Source: a virus. Taken from it: DNA of 64,000 bases. Numbering within the stretch: the first letter of the stretch is position 1; each line of letters opens with the position of its first letter. Both the position numbers and the translations under genes were made by a program. Below are positions 58,301 through 64,000 of this stretch, one piece after another. The DNA is taken from IMG/VR virus record IMGVR_UViG_3300042310_000541, positions 1 to 64,000 of that record. One strand, 5' to 3'. The notes under the pieces were generated by a model. The model did no database searches, was not told the origin of the DNA, and saw nothing but the letters and a program-made list of their open reading frames with translations.

Positions 58301-60720
58301 TAGCTAAGAAAGATTCTCAAAAAGAAGCTATTGAAAAAGAACTTGAACTTACAAAACAAAAGTATGCTAAGTCTAAAGAAAAAGATCTTAAAAGAGAAGC
58401 TGAATATGAATTTGGTAAACATTCATTAGAATTAGTTGAACAGAGAATTAATTTTTTATTAAAGGATAAAGGCCAAAGATTTAGCACTGATTTAGAATAT
58501 GTTAATGATGTATTAGATATTTGGTTTGGTATTCCTGATCTTACAAATGAAGTAATAAGACTTAGAGAAAAAACACAAGGACTAAAGGATGATTATTTAT
58601 TAGAAAATGTTCATGATAATACAACAGCAAAAGTAAAACCTACATTAGAGCAAATAAAACAGCAAACAGAAGATATAGGAACTTTTAGAGAATGGACAGG
58701 ATCATTAATTGATGTTGCAAATTATATAGCTTCAACAATAGGTAATATAATCAAGACATCTCAAACTAAAATAGAAAGACAATCTAATGCTATTTTTAGA
58801 GAAATTGAATTAAAGATTGAAGAAGTAAGTAAAACAAAAGATATTAATGAAATTTATAAAGAAATAATATTCTTAAATGAAGATTCTGATACAAAAACAT
58901 TAATACCATTATCTCAATTAAGTAAGGTTTCTCCAGAAGCACAAGAGTTTTATAAATTCTATCAATCAAAGCTTGAAGAATTAATGAAAATTACTCCAAC
59001 TCTAATGAGAAGAAATGATGCTGGAGAGCTTGAAACATTTGTTTTAAACAAGTATTTTATACCAAATGTGTATATAGCTGAAACATTAAAAGAAAAGCTC
59101 TTAAGACAAAGAAAAACACTATTTGGAATTTTCAAAGAAAGAAAGCTTGGAGATACTGTGAAAGATGAAAATCTTAAAGCTGATATAATTGATCTTGAAT
59201 ACATAAAGAAAATACCTTCAAGTGTTAAATCTGATGACTTAGGCCATTCATTATTTATGTTTGCAAAGAGTATGTATCATTACAATGAAATGAGTGATAT
59301 TCTGCCTAAAGTAAGATTATTGCAAAGATCTATATTTGATACAGAATATGTGCAAGGATCAAATCCTAATTCAACTAAAACAGGAAAAGATTCAAAGATG
59401 TGGAACATGGTTGAAGGTTTTATTAAAGCTCAAGTAAAAGGTGAAACTAAAAAAGATGAAGGGAAAAAGGGTTTATATAAAAAAAAGGGGGTAGATGGGG
59501 AGGAAGTTGAAGTTTATTTAGATGCAACCGGATCAATTGATAGCTTATTAAGATGGAATTCATTATTAAGGATTGGTTTATCTCCAATAACAGCATTGGC
59601 CAATGTTAGTTTTGGTAAGATAAGTAATTTCTTTGAAGGATTTGCTGGACAATTTTATACAAGAAAAGATTTAAGAATAGCTGAAAAATTGTTTTGGCAA
59701 CAGAATTTTAATAAAGATTCTGTTATGAATAGAATATTAGCAGATGGTAATATTCTTCAAGAATTAACTGATAAAGAGCAATCTGAAAGCTTAAAAACAT
59801 CAGAAAAAGATTCTATTGATAGATTGTCAGAAATGATGTATTCACCTCAAAAATGGGGAGAAAAATACATTCAATCAAGTACTTTCTTAGCTATAATGCA
59901 TAAGGAAGGATATATTAACTCTGATGGAGAATTAACTGATAGCTATAATGAATTGTCTGATAAATCAAAACAACAACTATTCAATAAAGTTCAGAGAGTA
60001 AATCATATGCTTCATGGAAGATATTCTCCTCAAGAGTCAGGAATAGGTCAGCAAAGTGTTATTTATAGAGCTGCTTCTCAATTTAGGAAATGGATGCCAT
60101 CAGCAATTGAAAATAGATTTGACGCTAAGCATTATGATGAAAGACTTCAAGCAGATATTGAAGGAAGATACAGATCATTTGTAAGAAATTTTGTATTAGA
60201 ATTATTTGTTAAAGGTGATGTCAAATCAGCTTTTTACAATTTAATAATGCCTGTTTTAGATGCAGAAAAAGCATTAGCTTCAGGGTTAAAGCCTCATGAA
60301 ATATACAATATGAGAAAAATGCTTATTGAAACAACTTCTTTTTTAGTTGTTACATTATTGTATGCTGCTGGAACTGCAGGTGATGATGATGATGATAAAG
60401 AATTAAGAAGAAATCCTTTATTCAAAACAACAATGTTAACTTTAAATAGAGTTAGTGGAGATATTGCATTCTTTTATTCTCCAACACAGATAAACAATTT
60501 AGGAGCAAATGCTTTTCCAGTGCAAAAATTAATGAAAGATTTAATAGATATATCTCTTGAAGTTCCAAGATTTTTTACTGACAAAAGTGAGTTTACATCA
60601 GGTATAAATAAAGGCAAAGAAAGGCTTCCTATTAAAGTGTTAGGGTTAATACCGGGAAGCAGACCTGTTACAGATTTTACTAAAATATTTAGTAAATTTG
60701 AACTAGATGAAATAAAATAA
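55348..60720 (+). CDS. Large virion cargo/polyvalent protein with a WCT (PcfJ-like) module, DUF4116-like repeats and an MPTase-type zincin
   Basis: LSPSTWCTA (56776); GYYDPKTDKVVII...HEVAH (57763)...ELAA; crAss-like C-terminal region (QFRKWMP, IEGRYRS). Confidence 0.65.
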   Translation: MISCPLKSLQQWKDLVNIYGENKATGLWVKYEGYPPDYLYSPKQIEPIPLNEESEAIYKQYNLINKNGGIKNFLSMKTANKFAASLNQSPNYSFYVRNTPGGIKILLYPKKVVEEKKVEEPINRNGIQGTLFSKSNVEKSNSAVSQILNRLKKELPIEIANAVTVLRNVPKSILGKNNLFLSIKNFLEDNGIKDEILINWVGVNKDSLGHPKNLKSEQQILDIIQERLTKKQKESNYNEFKTNPLALESFKNWNKALEKYPLPFQEAMLTHALKWLNNPVRRSKYVLQLSDVALQQTYGILANKPHELNRIGKLYDQEVLKTVSDAVGHEPSASGKGYWVHIPRTELNTVSQDIENAKKEIQKLESTTALDKFKKRYTDKKESIANTKHNIEKWSKQEDAKDDVIASQQRLKILESELEDILFNKESIEKNYQKELDDVLLLRKKELKELESLKDNDNSSQFKANVELLRKLSPSTWCTASGMASHYVENYDNYLLIVDGVTVAGIEATNQTTSEYETFDRFELNGNNYTKIDTYRKNGEKITKEDYNLAIETKKKEGKIQVKEVTSRGNNGIASIDHYDDILAFFEKHNLDTNNESLNRAKKAKEKGKEDKDIYEQEPEDQMYYPAWDEGDDRDDPGLEYRREREEWDREMQEDLNWRNSEVEKLNTVEEVLQNPDYLEFFENLKYELKNNEEIAREGIKYNSYYITYLDSNLPFYNELVKIALEDNPDVFQYLPQEVKELPDLREIYNEYLLDKHDDLNDPLDDGLPFSKTENSIQGYYDPKTDKVVIIAENTPLEEASKVAIHEVAHRGMLRMAKELGGEKELFNALKSAEKQLMEKLPELLKRTGHTSLDNLMLDYGFDKNSEEGKFKLLQELAARWAETLIDKPKPSWWKDLLQKIGDWIKQFTGKVLTEKEVDELIGGFVKYGTQNLNDKNLKSNAEAQYSKKNEEQDPVKKKEPAKKIGKIEQYFQTRIAKLTKDYSLAKKDSQKEAIEKELELTKQKYAKSKEKDLKREAEYEFGKHSLELVEQRINFLLKDKGQRFSTDLEYVNDVLDIWFGIPDLTNEVIRLREKTQGLKDDYLLENVHDNTTAKVKPTLEQIKQQTEDIGTFREWTGSLIDVANYIASTIGNIIKTSQTKIERQSNAIFREIELKIEEVSKTKDINEIYKEIIFLNEDSDTKTLIPLSQLSKVSPEAQEFYKFYQSKLEELMKITPTLMRRNDAGELETFVLNKYFIPNVYIAETLKEKLLRQRKTLFGIFKERKLGDTVKDENLKADIIDLEYIKKIPSSVKSDDLGHSLFMFAKSMYHYNEMSDILPKVRLLQRSIFDTEYVQGSNPNSTKTGKDSKMWNMVEGFIKAQVKGETKKDEGKKGLYKKKGVDGEEVEVYLDATGSIDSLLRWNSLLRIGLSPITALANVSFGKISNFFEGFAGQFYTRKDLRIAEKLFWQQNFNKDSVMNRILADGNILQELTDKEQSESLKTSEKDSIDRLSEMMYSPQKWGEKYIQSSTFLAIMHKEGYINSDGELTDSYNELSDKSKQQLFNKVQRVNHMLHGRYSPQESGIGQQSVIYRAASQFRKWMPSAIENRFDAKHYDERLQADIEGRYRSFVRNFVLELFVKGDVKSAFYNLIMPVLDAEKALASGLKPHEIYNMRKMLIETTSFLVVTLLYAAGTAGDDDDDKELRRNPLFKTTMLTLNRVSGDIAFFYSPTQINNLGANAFPVQKLMKDLIDISLEVPRFFTDKSEFTSGINKGKERLPIKVLGLIPGSRPVTDFTKIFSKFELDEIK

Positions 60721-60745
60721 GCCAGAAATTAATCTGGCTTAGTTT
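60718..60745. terminator. Hairpin terminator between convergent gene blocks, probably bidirectional
   Basis: TAAGCCAGA-AATTAA-TCTGGCTTA, A-rich before and T-rich after. Confidence 0.75.
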
Positions 60746-61039
60746 TTAATCTAAACTTTTAGTAATTATATCTAATAAATTAAAATAATTTGAAATGTAT
60801 TTTTCTATATTAGAATCAATATTATGATCAACACCTGAAAGCACTTCATTTAAATTAGTGTAAAATCTACATGAATTAAACTTTAATTTAATTTGTGTGT
60901 ATTTAAAACCATTTATTTTAATAAGTTGCTGAAATTGATTGTCTAAATAATTAGTTATAGAAGGATCATCTATATCAAGACCATAATGACCTTCTTCTAA
61001 ATAATCTTTATACTTTGTGTTAAATTCTTTTGATGTCAT
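60746..61039 (-). CDS. Conserved hypothetical phage protein
   Basis: QIKLKFNSCRFY resembles the QIKEKFGxLRFY small phage protein family. Confidence 0.55.
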   Translation of the reverse strand: MTSKEFNTKYKDYLEEGHYGLDIDDPSITNYLDNQFQQLIKINGFKYTQIKLKFNSCRFYTNLNEVLSGVDHNIDSNIEKYISNYFNLLDIITKSLD

Positions 61040-61044
61040 ATTTT

Positions 61045-62139
61045 TTATCTATCAATGTGAATACCAATCATTACTGGAAACCTTGGATTACCATCATCTG
61101 TCCACTCAAAAAATCTAATATTAGCTAATTTGCCAATATATAAATGCTTGTTAGCTAATAAATCAACTCTATCTTCATGAGACATTTTAACACCGGCTTT
61201 AAATATAGAAGAAGATACACCTGAAAGCTTATTGACTGAATACTTTAGTAAAGGAGTTCCATGCAATGAATTAGCATCATTAGGCAATATATCAATAATT
61301 TCTGCATCTAAATCTTGAAAGTTTTTGTACTTTAACAAGTTAGAACTTCTTCCATTAATTTTATATTCTGAGTTTCCCCATCTAATAATAGAACCTTCAT
61401 ATCCATTTGATATATATGAATTATGAAATGAATTAATTTCTTTATCATTTAAAATAGACATAGTTGTTACTATTTCAGTATTTTGTATTCCTTCAATTAA
61501 TTTTTGAGCTTTATTAAATCTTTTAGTAAAGTTTTCTTCAATTATACAATCATAAACATTGTATTTTATCTTTTCAGTTATTCCACTTCTATATTTTTTT
61601 ATAGCTTTCATATTTTCTTGAAAAGTTCCTAATTCCATTGAATATAATTCTCCATCTAAAATACAGTCTTCCATAATAAAAGATAAAGATAGTTTAATAT
61701 GATCCATATTTTCAATTACCTTACCATCTCTAGAAATCAATTTAACTACATTATTTTTTATAAAAGCTAAACATCTTTGGCCATCTAATTTAGGTTGAAT
61801 ATAAACTTTGTCTTTTATCCAATCAATTTTATGCTTTTCATCATCATAAGATTTAGCTAACATTGGAAGTATTACTACTTCAGTTTTAGCTTCTTCTATT
61901 GTTTCAAAATAACCTTCAGTTAATTTACCTTTATATTCACTTTCAAGCTCTAGTAATGCTTGTTCTTCAGGACTAGTTTCATTAGATTTACCTATATTTT
62001 TAGGCTTACATTGCTTAGAATGTTGAACTAATTTTCCACCTAAAATACCTGCTTCTTGTATTAAAATACCATCTTCTGTCCAAATATTCCATACTCTAAT
62101 CTTAGATTTAGAGTCAAGCTTGTATAATGTTTTTTCCAT
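61045..62139 (-). CDS. lig: ATP-dependent DNA ligase
   Basis: PMLA, QPKLDGQR, LDGELY, YEGSIIR, LLKYK, PRFP motifs. Confidence 0.92.
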   Translation of the reverse strand: MEKTLYKLDSKSKIRVWNIWTEDGILIQEAGILGGKLVQHSKQCKPKNIGKSNETSPEEQALLELESEYKGKLTEGYFETIEEAKTEVVILPMLAKSYDDEKHKIDWIKDKVYIQPKLDGQRCLAFIKNNVVKLISRDGKVIENMDHIKLSLSFIMEDCILDGELYSMELGTFQENMKAIKKYRSGITEKIKYNVYDCIIEENFTKRFNKAQKLIEGIQNTEIVTTMSILNDKEINSFHNSYISNGYEGSIIRWGNSEYKINGRSSNLLKYKNFQDLDAEIIDILPNDANSLHGTPLLKYSVNKLSGVSSSIFKAGVKMSHEDRVDLLANKHLYIGKLANIRFFEWTDDGNPRFPVMIGIHIDR

Positions 62140-62149
62140 ATTATTATTT

Positions 62150-62181
62150 TAAAAAATTGCCAGGCGACTTTAGCTTCCTGG
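62150..62181 (-). terminator. Possible terminator/attenuator hairpin upstream of the ligase
   Basis: Minus strand CCAGG-N12-CCTGG followed by CAATTTTTT. Confidence 0.4.
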
Positions 62182-62294
62182 ATTAATATAAGCACACTAT
62201 TATACTATCTTATATAGCTATCTGATATTAACTTCTAGCTGCTAATCAGAGAACTCAATAATTGAATGAACTTAATCATATTATTGGTGCAATT

Positions 62295-63098
62295 TTATTC
62301 TAAATCCTTAAGATTAAATATTCTTTTATAGCCTACTTCATATCTTTGATTATGTGGAGCATCAAAAAGAAAACAGCATATGCCGGCTTTATTAAGGTCA
62401 ATAAAATTTTCAAACCTATCATCAACAAACAATTCAATTCCACTTTTCTTAGCCATTTCAACCTTACTTTCATTGTGGCCTATTGAATAAACAGGCATGC
62501 ATGGAAAACCATTTTTATCTAACCATTCTTCTGTCCATTCTTTAGGAATTGACCTGGATGTGATGTAACAATGTGGTTCAAAATGTATATCTGAAGGTTT
62601 TGTTTTAACAGGAATAGACATCCAAAACTCTTTATCATCTTTAACAAGATCAAATTTGTCTTTAATGTGTCTGTCAAAATTCCAAACTTCAGGAACTTCT
62701 TGTCCATATCTCTTGGTCCAATGAGAAATAAAATCAGCTAATACCTCATCTATATCTAATCCTATTTTAGGTCTAGATAAATAAGTGTGAAGTCTATTGT
62801 CAAATTCCGGCCTGTACTTATAATAACTAATTAGCGCCATTGCATTCCAGGCTACATGAGCTATGTGCAATAAATTAGTTTCTTCATCAAAGTCAACACC
62901 TTGTTTAAATTTAGCTAAATGTCTTTCAAGTGAAGCAACAGTGCTCATCCAAGGAAGTCCTAATAGCCAATTATTTGGAGCATACTTTTTTGCACCTTTT
63001 GTGAACACTTCTGCTAATTTTTCAATAGCAAAAGGTTCCAAAAGATCATATCTTATTTTTCCAGAATTAAAACGTAGTCCTATTTCTTTATTTTCCAT
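62295..63098 (-). CDS. DUF5664 (dATP/dGTP diphosphohydrolase-like) fused to a HAD 5'-nucleotidase-like domain
   Basis: GKIRYDLL..GAKKYAPNNW..SLERHL..DEETNLLHIAHVAWNA, then LDIDEVLAD, ITSR, FVDD. Confidence 0.8.
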   Translation of the reverse strand: MENKEIGLRFNSGKIRYDLLEPFAIEKLAEVFTKGAKKYAPNNWLLGLPWMSTVASLERHLAKFKQGVDFDEETNLLHIAHVAWNAMALISYYKYRPEFDNRLHTYLSRPKIGLDIDEVLADFISHWTKRYGQEVPEVWNFDRHIKDKFDLVKDDKEFWMSIPVKTKPSDIHFEPHCYITSRSIPKEWTEEWLDKNGFPCMPVYSIGHNESKVEMAKKSGIELFVDDRFENFIDLNKAGICCFLFDAPHNQRYEVGYKRIFNLKDLE

Positions 63099-63104
63099 TG
63101 TTAA

Positions 63105-63431
63105 TTACCTATTATCTCCAGAGCCACTTATGACATTTCTAGCTTGACGATCTCTAAGCTTTGCAATGTTATTTGCAGCAATATCTTCAAGACTTAAACC
63201 TAAATCTCTTGCTAATGCTGCACAATACCATAACACATCTCCAATTTCATCACCTATCTTTGCATTAAGTTCAGGAGTAAATATTCCGCCATTATCTCTT
63301 AATACTTTCTTAACTTTTCCTTGAACTTCTCCAGCTTCATTTCCTAAGCCTAATGCAGGATAAATTATTAATTGCCCTTCTCCATAAACTGCAGTAACAG
63401 TTGCTTCTTCTTGATATTTTTTAAATTCCAT
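63105..63431 (-). CDS. mazG: MazG-like nucleotide pyrophosphohydrolase
   Basis: YPALGLGNEAGEV..KVKK..DEIGDVLWY..NIAKL..R. Confidence 0.88.
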   Translation of the reverse strand: MEFKKYQEEATVTAVYGEGQLIIYPALGLGNEAGEVQGKVKKVLRDNGGIFTPELNAKIGDEIGDVLWYCAALARDLGLSLEDIAANNIAKLRDRQARNVISGSGDNR

Positions 63432-63432
63432 A

Positions 63433-64000
63433 TTATTTTATTGGACAAGATCCATTATCACAATCCTGTATATCAAAATCACTTTCTTTAACAGTTATAT
63501 TATGTATTGGCCTTGTGTTTTTAATTAATTCTTCGTATTGTTCTTTTGTTATTGTTTCATAAGGAGCTTGTTTAAATCCATGTCCTTGATAAAGCAAAAA
63601 TGATAATGTCTTAAAGTTATCTTTGTAATTTTCTTTCAAATACTCTTTAATATCTTCTAAATCTTCTTTGTTGTAATAAATAGTACAACTAACAGAGTTA
63701 TCAGACCATTCAGCTTGAAGTCTTTTAACTATTTCTATTTGTTGTTTCCAGCCAAAAGATGAAGCTACAGGAGTATTTTCAGGAACCTTACAAGGGAATT
63801 CAACAACCATTGTGTTATTGTCTAAACTTCCATCAAAATTAATCTGTGGTTCAATTTTATATCCATGATCATTACAAGTTGTAAGTAATTCACTTCCAGA
63901 TGCTATTCTTATTCTTCTTATGTAATAAGGGCCAGCAGGACTTGGATGTGCACCAGGAGTTACACCAGGAAGTAAACTTAATGTTCCACTTGGTTTACAT
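63433..64000 (-). CDS. nrdJ: Ribonucleotide reductase, class II (B12-dependent) type, C-terminal part; truncated by the window edge
   Basis: The frame stays open past the ORF-track start to the window end: CKPSGTLSLLPGVTPG.HP..YYIRRIR; WSDNSVSCT, QAPYE, C-terminal DCDNGSCPIK. Confidence 0.85.
   Translation of the reverse strand, partial: CKPSGTLSLLPGVTPGAHPSPAGPYYIRRIRIASGSELLTTCNDHGYKIEPQINFDGSLDNNTMVVEFPCKVPENTPVASSFGWKQQIEIVKRLQAEWSDNSVSCTIYYNKEDLEDIKEYLKENYKDNFKTLSFLLYQGHGFKQAPYETITKEQYEELIKNTRPIHNITVKESDFDIQDCDNGSCPIK

Noticed and set aside
389-59204. Numerous short minus-strand ORFs in the track (e.g. 389..676, 19409..19741, 40026..40415)
   Set aside because: They are antisense shadows of long plus-strand genes, with S/L/F-rich composition and no motifs
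1-64000. tRNA genes, CRISPR arrays, integrase or IS elements
   Set aside because: None recognised; intergenic gaps are too short and no regularly spaced repeats were seen

Overview
AT-rich, densely coding phage DNA that I read as the virion/packaging half of a crAss-like phage (Crassvirales; MCP and gene order look most like the phiCrAss001/phi14:2 type), using the standard genetic code. Several TTG-N20-TAnnTTTG promoters and the A-rich, Shine-Dalgarno-less start regions point to a Bacteroidota host. Plus strand, 166-60720: IHF-like protein, GroES, terminase, portal, scaffold-like protein, major capsid protein, ring/auxiliary capsid proteins, tail fibres, a lysis cassette (M15 endolysin, holin candidates, a probable unimolecular spanin), tail tubular and muzzle proteins, and several large cargo proteins. 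A hairpin then separates this block from a convergent minus-strand nucleotide/replication block: ATP-dependent ligase, DUF5664-HAD fusion, MazG, and a class II RNR cut off by the window end. The most striking element is the candidate injected cargo. A 5074-aa virion RNA polymerase carries a zincin and a C-terminal string of SLOG-like, DUF4326-like, NADAR-like and Dda/RecD-type helicase modules, two of whose junctions carry QP[AS]TSV linkers. Neighbouring cargo proteins are built from enzyme modules delimited by their own short repeated motifs ([KQ]FxxGG/NGGWLD and [FY]SK), and a ferritin gene sits between two of them. Also notable are GroES-mobile-loop-like motifs in the terminase and strong CG depletion that spares CCGG. 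All family assignments come from motif recognition by eye; no database searches were run.
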